Source: Moniliella sp. 'wahieum'
Lineage: Eukaryota
Assembly (NCBI GenBank): GCA_003971905.1
Contig: RSEE01000137.1
Location: 62,001-126,000, forward strand
Length of the DNA stretch: 64,000 nt
Reading direction: 5' to 3'
Notes under the pieces: model-generated
The model's input: only the letters and a program-made list of their open reading frames with translations
Told to the model about the DNA's origin: nothing
The model's database searches: none
Position numbers and translations under genes: made by a program
Shown here: positions 1-10,375 of the stretch, in pieces
Numbering within the stretch: the stretch's first letter is position 1
Layout of the letters: the number at the start of each line of letters is the position of its first letter

Positions 1-1018
1 CAGCGCGTCAGATCTGTACTATCGCCAGTAGAGAGCACACGTACCTGTATCAACAACGGCAGGATGCTGCTGTACTGCTGTTTGTCGCCCATCGTCGTGA
101 CTTCGTCCAGTGGCACAGTCCAGTACTTACTCGAGTTTGGCGGAACATCCATCCACGCGACCTCGCCCGAGTACTGGTCCGAGTCCAACTGCCCCAGGGT
201 GAAAATACCTCCTGGGGCCTGGTCAGTGGCGTTGCGTGGATCGCGGTTGCGCGCCAGCTGGAACGAAAAGACAGGTTCGATGGCGTGGAGTTTGCTCAGT
301 ACTTGCCAGAAGGGCGTGATGCCCATACCACTCAATTCCTGCAGACCCAAGCCCATGAGCCCCCTGCAGGTGCGCTGATCGGGTGGTCGTACAACGAAGT
401 GGCCAGCCCAAACGATAACTGATCCACCGTTGCACCGCCCAACGAGACGCTGTCCGAAACCAGCGTACCATCTGCCTGCCCAACGCCATACGCCACCCTG
501 AACGGCTGGTCGGAAATTTGGAACGTCTCCGACACGTTGGTAGAGAACTTGGGAAGGGCGTTGCACCACCCACCCCAACACTGGTCACTTACGATCCACA
601 TGTCCGAACTGCCCGTGTCAAGCACAACCGCCAACGTTTGCCCGGGCGTGCCGACAGTGACGGGCGCATAGTAGAAGCGGTCCCGCCCCACGGCCGTCAA
701 GGCTTCTTTCTGGCGCTTGCTGAGGCTGGGCTTGGACTTGTTGGCTCCGCTGGCACTGGCCTTCGCGCTACTATTATTAGGCGAGTCGCTCAGCGCGTAT
801 TTCGCACGCAAATACGCCACTTCCGCCTCGGTTCGCAAACCCGTATCCTCCCAAGACGTCAGACCACGCTTCTTGGTCCGTTCGCCTTCGTGACGATACA
901 GCGGCACAGTCAAACGCTTGATGGGAGCCGTACCCAACTCGCCGGCCATAGGCAACGCGTTCACCCCCAACTCGGCCACCAGGCACAGCGCTAGAGCAAT
1001 GGGGAAAAGGGTGCGCAT
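1..1018 (-). CDS. Secreted pepsin-like (A1) aspartic protease, 3' end beyond the window edge
   Basis: ATG at 1018 gives the signal peptide MRTLFPIALALCLVAELGVNA, a propeptide ending in KR, YYAPVTVGTPGQ, first catalytic VLDTGSSDMW and flap YGVG. After a homopolymer frameshift near 360 it reads GLMGLG...VFSFQL...GGIFTLG...YWTVPL, then the second catalytic VVDTG at about 45-57, followed by a GTACGT intron donor at 44. Confidence 0.92.
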
Positions 1019-2611
1019 AGTAGGACTGTTGATGGGACCGGGTGGAGTGTGCTTGGGATCTGTGAGAGGGAGGGGAAGCAATACAAACTAAAGCTCCGCA
1101 AGCGTGCTGGTAGTGAGAGGATCTCGTCAAAAATATCTTTTCCTTTGCAGCGCGTATCCTGATTTATCTTTTGGGCTCCATCGCCCGCATCAGCCGTCGG
1201 TAGTCTTGTCGTGTCCTCTAGGGCCTAGGTCTACTCCCCATGGTCCAAGGCGCGGGTGTTGTGGACGGTTCACATGTTCACAGGGCTCAGCCTGAGCCTC
1301 GTGCCCCTCATGCTCATGCCTCAGGCCGCAAGACAGAGCCGCGGATGCGTCCGATAGAGAACGGCAAAGCTGAGCAAGTGGCAACGGCTGCGGAAATGAG
1401 CGTCGCGTATCCCCTTCATGTGCATCAGGCCTCGGAAGACTCCTCTCAGACCTCAGATTTTCAGGCCTGAGACTGAGATCTCAGATCTCAGGCCGCGTCG
1501 TGCACCCTGATAGGGCGTGGGACGGGGACGATGCTCGCAAGGGGTGACGCGGACCGAGACTTATGACAAAGGCGTGTGCAGTGGTGGTGCGAAGATCTGA
1601 GCGTGGGTGCGGCCTAAGATGCAGCAGGGGTCCTTCGGACCCTGCGCCGCGCACCCTGTGAGCTTTCTCGTGCATGATGCATCATGCATTATGGTTTATC
1701 GAGTGCCAAGCCAAATACCCCACAGAAGGTGTCTTGCTCCCCCCAAGCCCAGGACTAGCGGTGCCAGTCTTGGCATTCTCCGCAGCAGCCGTGGTGGCAA
1801 GGGCGAGGGACTCAGACTGGGCACTGCCACTGGCGATAGACGATAGACTACAATAGCAATAGCTCTAGTGGCTAGTGGCCAGGGTTGTATAAGTTTCCAT
1901 GTACAAGTGACAATCACCAAACTACCTGGGAGGTTAGATCTTAAGAGTAGGCCAGGGTCTGAGGTGCTGAGGTCCCTCAGATCTCGACTGGGTACTGAAT
2001 ACCTGAGTACTGAGTTCCTGAGTGTATAGCTCGAGCAGGGTGCGCGCTGAGCCGGGAAGTGCCTTGCCGTACATCCCTTGGGAGGTCGTCATGGTCGAGA
2101 CTCAGGTACTCACTACTCAGGTGACCGGTGAGTACTCAGTACTCACATGTCACAGCAGTTTGTGCTTGGGCTTTTATCGATATCAGTCGTGGATCCGAGC
2201 ACAGCCATAATAGGAGAGGGTTCTACGTTCTCGGCGTACGCATAGTATAGAGGCGGTGGCCTGGGTGGCTATGCATTGAAGCTGCATAGGCTTGCGTTGA
2301 TACCCTTATGCGCTTATGGGGCTGAGCTGAGCCGTCAGGCTGGCGTGTCTCAAATGACGTTCGGAACGGGGACGGCAGAAAAGAGGCAGCGAGGGGCAGA
2401 CATATGTGGCCCTCGGCCCTCTGGCTATAGCTGGGCTCTTCAAGGCGAGGACAGAGAATGAGGAAGCAGCAGTGAGAAAGGTGCGAGGAAGGAGTGAGGA
2501 AGGAGCGAGAAGAGGGTCGAGGAAGGAAGGAGGAGGAATGAAAAAGGAGTCAGAGAGAGCATTCTTCAAGGTCCTCTTTCTGACGGATGCAGTTTCCCTA
2601 CTAATGCCCAT

Positions 2612-5600
2612 TCACACCAGCCCAGTGTCTTGCAAGCACGCCAGTGCGGGCCTCGCCTTCACGTCCAAACTGCCGCGCGGCTCGAGCTGCAACGACCGGT
2701 GGTACAGGTCCCCCAGGGGCTCCTTCGCCGCTTGGCTCATCGCATCGCGAATGTACTTTTGGATGCTAGGCACGGGAACGAGGTTGAAGCTGTAAATCAT
2801 ATGATGTGTGGTCCCGACCGCACCGAACATGACACATGATGATGCATGGCATGGACATGTGACAAATGAGGATAGCCGATCCCAAATGTATGACCGGGGA
2901 GTTAGTACAACACATATAGAGTATCATATATCACACGTCAACGCGCCAGGAACTAAAAGAGGTATCCAAGGGGACAAGGAAAATGTGGGACGGGTGTGGT
3001 TTGGTACATCTGGATCTGCTTGATCACCTCGGCCGTCTTGTGTCATCGTTTGGAAAAATTGATCAGGTGAGTGTCAGGGAGAAAGTCGGGGTTGCCCTCC
3101 TGGAGAAACACAAGGTCGGTCAGGTAGACCCCCAAGAACGGGATGCACGGCGGAGAGAAGGTACGGATGGTGTGTCGGTACTGAGCAAAGTTGTTGGTGG
3201 GCGCGAGGATGGGGGTGAGATGGTCAAGCTCAAGATGACGGCCTGAGGACTTGGAACGAGCACGAGTACGAGCACGCACCAGTTCCCACGTGGTGCGCAG
3301 CCGCGCAATGGGAGACAAGCTCAAAGCACTGACGATCGTCGCCATGCTCGCTAAGTTGTGCAGGTACAGCGCATGTGTCCCGATCGCACTCCAATGGTGC
3401 ACGACTGCCGCGCGGCGATGCGCATCATAGGGAGCCAACACTTCGGTGCAGATCCACGTCGTGAGCGCATTGCTCAGATCAATCACGCCTCTAATCCCAG
3501 GCGCCTTCACTGCGCCCTCGGCACCCGACCATGCTTGGCCCCAACACTCCCCCGGCCGAATCTGACCAAACGCCTCGCTCTCCAGCACGGTCAGCTGGCG
3601 CGCCACTTCCACCGGGTCCAGGTCCAGCAGGCTCATCCGCCCCGCGTGGCGCGGCAAGATCGGGATGGGCTGCGGGGCCGTCGCGCCCACCAGCCGCGCA
3701 CAGGCGGGATGGATGCGCTTGCACCCATTCGGGCGCTCGACACACGTGCTAAGCAACCGCAACAGCTGAGCGGTAGCCAATTGCATACCAGGCGCAGAGG
3801 CTAGTTCGCCATGGCAAAGGAGTAAAGTAGCGGGTACACCCTCGTGTCCGTGCGCGGATCCTGGTACGTTTCCAACCACGCTTTGAGCACGTTGATCACC
3901 CGCAATTGAATCGGACGTTGTACCTGCTCCGTCCAGAGCTGTTGCTTCTGTCTGTAGGCCGCCACAAGCTCAGCGGGCATCGAAACCCGGAACCGCCGGA
4001 ACAGCATGTACAACAACGTCTTGCTCGTGGTAAAGGACCGGTAGGTGTGCAAAAAGCTATGGTTGAACGACGGGTCCAAGTGGTCGTGAAGCGTCAGCCG
4101 CACCGTAAGCGCTTCCAACGTACCGCCCTTGATGTGACCATCAGGGACGTGAGGATCGTCTCTTCGGGAGAGAGGCCTGGGTCGCGCAACCTGGGGATAG
4201 GCTCCCTCGCCCCTGCCTGATGCGCCAGTGGCTGTGGCAACGTCACAATGGCAAATCGTAGAGGTGATGGTTGTTTGGTGGGCAAAGTACACTGCGCTTG
4301 TTGGCTGCAGTGTTGCGAATGGGGATGGTGCAAGTTGTATGGAGCAGGCTGTGCACTCCCGACCCAAAGATGTCTCTGGTGCAAGGTCCTTGGGGATGGC
4401 ACAGCAAGAGAAAAAGAAAAACGGTGGGGGAGAGACAATGGCGGATGCCAGATGAGGCTGATGAGTTTGATGAGCGGAGGGTGCGGGATGGATGAAGGAT
4501 TGGCAGGTGTGGTTGGATTGGGGCAGAGGAGACACTTCGTTTGGATTCGCTCAGATCCACTTGGTCTGCACGGCCCACGCGGGGGAATGTGGAGTGGTGT
4601 GACTCGGCCTTGGAGTGAACTGTATAGGGGGGGGGGGGGGGGGGGGGGTTCGGAGCCTCCGAGAGGGCCAAGTGGAATATCCTATCTGCGTCCCGGACCT
4701 TCCGAACGAGCGAGAGAGACGGAATCCATGGAATAAGTCAGGATCTTCGATCCAGAGCGGCCCGCGCTGGCTTTCGAACGATCGCAGTACACTAGGGATC
4801 GCAGTACTAGGGGGACGGCACCCGGAAAATGAGTGTGTATGGATTGTATTGTGGACGGCGTTGGGTGGTGGTGGTGTAGGCAAAAGATGACTTACAATAA
4901 ACGAATCCCTACGGAACTCCTGTTGCCTCCCTCTCCCTTGAGAGCGCTCCATCAACTGCATGTGCACATCACGCAGTGTACATTCATATGACGGTCTCAA
5001 GCGGAACGCAGCCCACAAACAGCCGCGCATCGTGCGCTCTCCCCTTTTTTCCCGGCAAAATGCCAACCGCTTCAAGCGGCAGCACGCCAGGGATTACTAC
5101 AGAGAATCATTGCAACTCAAGAGGGATCATGTATGTTCTGACACCCCTCTTCCTCCCGTCCTTCACTCCCTTTACTTTCTGCTATGGCCAGGACGCGCTG
5201 CACTATCCTCATCGCGAACTTCGAACGGAAGAAATGGGAACACAGGCAACGAGGAGAGGATCATTCCCATCAACCAATTTATGGGAGGGAGAGCGTAACT
5301 TTGTTGAGATGTGGACTAGTAGCGACGCGTAAGATCGTAAGACGCGCTCTGACGTGGAGACACTGCCTCGTCTCTAAAGCACAGAAAGGCCACTCAGCGA
5401 GTGAGAATCATGTAACGGGGTGAGCGAGAGGTAAGGGAAGGGAGAAAGGGATAGGCGCTGTCGTGAAGAGCGAAGTATAGAATAAGCAGGGGGCAGGGGT
5501 AGTCAGTGAGCACGTGGCCGGCTGGTCTGGCAGCGTGGCAACTCCAATAGGGTGTAGCCTCCACAACCCCTAATCAGGCCTCAGGCCTCAGGCCACACGC

Positions 5601-6433
5601 TGTCACACGCCGTCACAGACGACGGGGCAAAACAGGTGGATAAGATTAAGGCAAAAGAAAGGTGAAGAGTGAAGAGGCAGATGAGACTTGGCCCCGCGAC
5701 AATGACCACGCACCCGCCTCCTTTCCCCCCCTGATCCGAGAAAAAAGATACGCCGAGTAGAGAAAGAGGTTATGTGTCTGGTCAACAGTGTGTTGGGTTC
5801 AAGCAGCCATACAGGCCGGTGCCGACCGGAGGGGAAGTGGAGGTGAAGGTAAGTATCGACGATTTCGACGAGTTCGATGATTTGGAGGGCAGCGTGGCCG
5901 CGGGTAAGTTGTTGCTGTTGCTGACTGCGGCTCCATCCAACTGTTGTTACAGCTGAATAAAAAGAACGCGAGGAAACAAGACATTAATGAAATCAGCCGC
6001 CAGTTCAAGAGTCGTTCCACGTTGTCAGGGTACTAATGGCGCGGAAGCCCGGTTTCGTCCCTTGCAGTTAACCTTACAAGCATTTGCTGTGCGTTGCGTG
6101 GGAGGCCAGGCACGCTCGAGAGACCCATCTGAGCAGATTCCAACTCCCATACATCCGCTTCGCACACTTGCACGTAGTTGCTGGGGAACCATCCGCGCAG
6201 CACAGGCCCCGGACCCAACCGGATCCCGTCCCACCACCCCGAGTCGGCTGTCGACAGAACCTGCAGCAGATTACCCCGTTCAACGGAAGGGCGGCCGGTG
6301 CAGGGTCATAGTAGTCGTACAGCACTCGGACGTAGATGGGATCAGCCAAGACGCTCACGTGCTCGTCGAATTGTACTTGCTCCTCCTCGTCTGGATGGGC
6401 AGGGTCGGGGTCAGGGCCGTGGCGGGGGTTCAT
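2612..6433 (-). CDS. Cdc25-type Ras guanine-nucleotide exchange factor (SH3 + REM + RasGEF), disrupted; possible pseudogene
   Basis: SH3: YVRVLYDY...RGWFPSNYVQ (about 6160-6340). REM: IKGGTLEALTVRLT...FLHTYRSFTT...IQLRVINVLKAWLE (3860-4135). Catalytic domain: LLDLDPVEVARQLT...PPCIPFLGVYLTDLVFLQEGNPD...LINFSKR (3046-3640). Last exon: FNLVPVPSIQKYI...DLYHRSLQLEPR (2612-2790). In-frame TGA at 3043-3045 and a non-coding-looking gap at about 4550-5600. Confidence 0.85.
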
Positions 6434-6543
6434 GTCGCGGTACAGGATGGGGTTCAGGCTGGGTCGGATAGGGCGTGGGTCGAGGATTGGACAACGGGGC
6501 GAGTCCTCCAGTGTACAAGGGAGAAGGCTCGGGGATGGGTTTT

Positions 6544-6607
6544 GTGGATGATGTGGATGATGTGGATGATGTGGATGATGTGGATGGTGTGGATGGTGTG
6601 GATGATG
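6544..6607. repeat. 9-bp tandem repeat (TGTGGATGR)n
   Basis: About 7 tandem units visible directly; reads as HHP repeats on the minus strand, upstream of the RasGEF start. Confidence 0.9.
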
Positions 6608-7007
6608 CAGAGGATGGGTTGAAAAAGCGTTGCACCGTGTGAGGGTACCTGAACGCTTTCGGCGCGCTCTCACCGACCGCTCTGAGCGGGGGTTTATATC
6701 CACGGCGGCAAGTGGTGGATGAAAGCCATCGAAGGGTATCTTTCCACGGTCAGTAACTAGTAACATGTAACACCGTAATGCTTAAGCTCTCGCCAAGAGC
6801 ATACTTACGCGTCAAAAGGGGCTGTGGTGGATTGCCCTTGTTTGGCTGATCCATTTTGGCTGCGCCTGGACGGATAAGTCGCAGCGGCGCTGAGCAAAGA
6901 CGCTTACAATGCACATACGCCGGCCCAATTGCGTGGCCAGTGTGGTGGATAGTGGGCGTAGTGGGACTAGTGAGAGGCTAGTGAAGTAGGCAGGTGTTTA
7001 GAGGGTA

Positions 7008-7349
7008 CTGCTAGGGTTCTCCTGCGCGGCCCTCAATGGATCGGTGACGCTCGCCTAGCCGAGCGGAAGCGTTCCGCTCGCAGGCCGCGCACGCCCTGCT
7101 CGCTCCATCTCCCTTCTCTCTCTTCTTTCTCCTTCCCTTCAGACGTTGCTTGAAGACTTGTGGCTCACCACTTTGCCTTCACGCCTTGTCTGAAGGTCCG
7201 CCTCTGCTTCCTTTCTTGACCTGTTGCTCCTCACAATGAGACGTTGCTTGAAGACTTGTGGCTCACCACTTTGCCTTCACGCCTTGTCTGAAGGCTGCTT
7301 CGCAGCTGATCCATAGGATCGCGAGTGCTCCCAAGTCGCACTCTAGCAA
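7008..7349 (+). mobile_element. Small non-autonomous repeat element (MITE-like), copy 1
   Basis: 7173-7348 matches 24935-25110 with 3 mismatches in 176 bp. Internal 56-bp direct duplication (7141-7196 / 7239-7294). Left end TA|CTGCTAGGGT is an imperfect inverted repeat of the right end ACTCTAGCA(G). Confidence 0.6.
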
Positions 7350-7583
7350 GGTGGATTTGGCTGCGCACGCAGAACGCGTAGGCGTCGCCCCCGTACGCGA
7401 CTTATTTCTTTTTTTCGGCCGAGAGAGCGAGGGCGAAGGCAAGCAGCAATTACCAATTGCAACTGGCTGCTTACCTACGCAGCTTCTGCTTCTTCTACTC
7501 GGAAGGTAGCTTTTTTGTGTGGGAACAACAACATCCGTCGGTTGGCTACAACGCCTTGCCTTGTCCGCTTCTCGCCGCGTCTG

Positions 7584-8726
7584 ATGCGTCTCGCCGCCTC
7601 CCTCGCCCGCTCTGCCCACCGCGCAGCGCACACCGCCGCCCCGTCGGCCCTGCGCTCGCCCGCTCTCCTGCCGGCGTCTGCTGTGTCCGCCGGCCGCTAT
7701 GCGCTCGCCCTGCGCGCCCTCAGCACCACCGCCGCTCCCGCCCAGCCTCCACGCCTCCCGTCCCACCCACATGCCCGAGGCCGGCAAGGAGAGCGCGACG
7801 GCCGCGCCCCCCGCGGCGCCTACACCACGCGTGTTTGTGCGCAACGTGCCCTTTGTCGCGCTGAAGGACACGCTTCGTGCGTACCTGGCCCAGGTCGGCG
7901 ACGTGGTGAGCCTCACCACCATCGACCGTCCTCATTTCCGCTGTGCAGACGTCGAGTACGCCTCGCCCGAGCAGGCGGCCCGTGCCATCGAGAGCTTGTC
8001 GGGCCAGGTCTTCCAAGGCCGCAGACTGTACATGAATTTCGACAATAAGGGCTACAAGACCCCCGCTTCCGATCCTGCCAGGTCAGCCTTTGTCTCCCTG
8101 GTATTTACCGACGTACGTGTCCTCCCCCCCCGTCTTTTCCCTTCTTCTTTTCCCTTCCCTCGATGTTCGGAGAGCTGACTGATGTGTGTGTTTCCTTCTC
8201 GCGGTTCCTCGTTCCTCGCTTCCCAGTTGCCTCCAAGTACCACTGTGGAGCAGCTGCAGGACACCGTGAGCAACACGGGGCACTATGCGCAGAGCATTGA
8301 CATTGACCCTGCCACGGGACAGGCGACCGTGCAGATGCGCGACGCACCGGCGGCCGTCGCCGTGCGCGAGGCACTGCACGGCGCCGCATTCTACGGCCAA
8401 CGCTTATCGATTGAACCGTTATCGTCCGAGGTGGTGCAGGCAGCGGCCTCGGTACCCCCCGCCGCATCGTGGCCCCTACGCGTGTCATCGTGTCCAACTT
8501 GGCGGGCACCGTGGAGCTGGACAAGCTGGTCAGCATGTGCCTTGCCGCGGGTACCGTCACACTTGCCCGCACGCTCGTTCGCGACGTCAACAGTAACTCC
8601 AAAGCTATCGTTCACTACAACAAGGTCGAAGAGGCGGTCAAGGCGTGCAAGTTGCTCGACCGGACCATCTTTGAGAACCGCTTGATCAAGGTTCAGTTTG
8701 ACATGTTCAAGGCGCGCGCGCGCTAG
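7584..8726 (+). CDS. Three-RRM RNA-binding protein with a predicted mitochondrial presequence
   Basis: Arg/Ala/Ser-rich, acid-free N-terminus (MRLAASLARSAHRAAH...LRALSTT). RRM1 RVFVRNVPF...ADVEYASPEQAARAIESLSGQVFQGRRL; RRM2 LPPSTTVEQLQD...ATVQMRD...EALHGAAFYGQRL; RRM3 RVIVSNLA...KAIVHYNKVEEAVKACKLLD...ENRLIKVQFD. Probable intron at about 8082-8200; frameshifts present. Confidence 0.8.
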
Positions 8727-8893
8727 GCCAACGCACTCTGGCCTTGCGTGGGCGGTTTAGCATTCTGCGCATCGCCATAATATGTACCCCCCGAAGAGGT
8801 GCAAAAATGGGCGATCTGCCCGGATGGTGGTGGCGGGGCGGCAGCGCACTCGGAACTCGGATCGCTCCCCCCCCCTCCCCTCTTCCTTCCAAG

Positions 8894-9145
8894 ATGAAAT
8901 CAATTGCTTGTCCTTGCCACTCTGGTGTGTGGTGTGGCCACCTCGGCGGTTGGCGCCGCTGGTTGGGTCGGGGGTTGGGGGCCTTTTTGCTTCGGGTTGC
9001 TTGCTGCGCTGGCTCGATCTCGCGTGCGCTTCTTCCCCCCGACCGCTTAGAGTCTTCCCGCCTTTCCCCCTTCCCTCTTCGCTCGTCTGACCTGGACCGT
9101 AGCTTGTGCACCGCATACGGGTTTCGGTGCGGTATCGTAGTGTGA
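8894..9145 (+). CDS. Candidate small secreted peptide
   Basis: ATG 8894 (MKSIA); with one 1-bp correction it continues into hydrophobic VLATLVCGVATSAVGA. Canonical intron 9024-9102 (GTGCGC...CTGAC...TAG); last exon LCTAYGFRCGIVV*. Confidence 0.35.
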   Translation: MKSIACPCHSGVWCGHLGGWRRWLGRGLGAFLLRVACCAGSISRALLPPDRLESSRLSPFPLRSSDLDRSLCTAYGFRCGIVV

Positions 9146-9658
9146 CCCGCTTCCCACCTTGTGTGCCCGCGTGCGTTGCCCGCTTTGTAGGCCCGGCCCA
9201 GATGCCCCTTGCTGCGTCCACGGGTACGCTCCACCCGGCCGACAAAGCAACGGGGGCAAGGAAGCATGGTCCAACAGTCACTACTGTCACTAGTTAGGCT
9301 CGTAGTCGTAAGCAATCCCAGCGCCTTGTGGCCTACACGGTCCCTCTCGCATAGTCTCTTACTGTCTAGCTCTGTCGCGGCTCAAATCGCAGAGAACGGC
9401 AGCCTACGTCCACCTCTCTGGGTGCAACCAATCGCGTGGGAGCATCAAGAACAATACGACTCACACTCAGCTGGGCACGACGTTTACCAGCGCGCGGCGT
9501 TGCCGTGCTGGGCGCAAGCAATTCCATGCTATGCCATGCATTGGGGCACGCGCTCGGCCCGATTGGTACAGCGGGAGCTGCATAGCCAGTGGATCCAACC
9601 GAGCGTGGAGGGAACACGATGGACGGGGGCAGCGTCGCAACGCACAGGAAGTAGCCAG

Positions 9659-10027
9659 TTACTTGGCCTGGAGCAAGGGCAGGAGCTTGCCGCTTGCTGA
9701 GCGCCCAGGTCCGAGTTGCCCCCGACGTGCTTGCCATTGATAAACACGTTGGGCACGGTACGCTGGCCCGTCTTGGTCTGCAAAAAGCTCTGGATCGCAC
9801 CGCCCTCAGGAATCACGTCCAGCTCCAACACGCCCACCGAGCCCGACGGCAGACCGAGCGAGGCGAGCAGGCTGAGAAGCAGAGGCGAGGGTTAGAGAGG
9901 CACGCGACGAGACGCAAAGCTCAGGAGGAACGCACGATTTGGTCGCGTCGCAGTAGGGACAGTACGTCTTGGAGAACACGGCGACCTGGTGGCCGAGCAG
10001 CGCGTCAACAGTGCTCTCGATCGACAT
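9659..10027 (-). CDS. Dithiol glutaredoxin (CPYC)
   Basis: [11 protein letters not shown]...[12 protein letters not shown]; intron 9872-9935 (GTGCGT...CTAAC...CAG); then VLELD...[30 protein letters not shown]; ends [10 protein letters not shown] after a frameshift. Confidence 0.93.
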
Positions 10028-10227
10028 GGCGGTGGTGGTGGTGGCGAACGCAACGGGGAACACTTCGAGTGGAGTGGTTTGGTCCCGCCGGCAGCTGACG
10101 TACGGCTTGCGTAAGCACGGCGAGTGACTAGTCATCGATCATCCATCATCCCATCGCGGCGCGTCGAAGCGTGAAGCTTCACTTGAAGCTTGAACGTTCG
10201 ACGCGGTCTCGGCGGCGTTGGGACGAC

Positions 10228-10372
10228 CTCCACCTTCATTTCTACCTCCACTTCTACCTCCACCTCCACTTCTACCTCCACCTCCACTGCTACCTCCACC
10301 TCCACTTCTACCTCCTCCTCCACCTCCACCACCACCACCACCTCCTCCTCCACCTCCTCCTCCCCCCCCCCT
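10228..10372. repeat. Hexamer microsatellite (CCTCCA / CTTCTA units) with poly-C
   Basis: Tandem CCTCCA/CTTCTA units visible directly, immediately upstream of the ATG at 10376. Confidence 0.85.
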
Positions 10373-10375
10373 CCG

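Noticed and set aside
4627..4648. Long G homopolymers (also near 41300-41319) as functional G-quadruplexes
   Set aside because: Simple mononucleotide runs of unreliable length with no evidence of function.
6801..6812. ATACTTAC resembling the U1 snRNA 5' end
   Set aside because: It continues GCG rather than CTG, and no U1 stem-loops or Sm site could be seen.
7141..7294. Repeat-spacer-repeat arrangement resembling a CRISPR array
   Set aside because: Eukaryotic context, only two 56-bp units, the spacer looks like an intron, and there are no cas genes.
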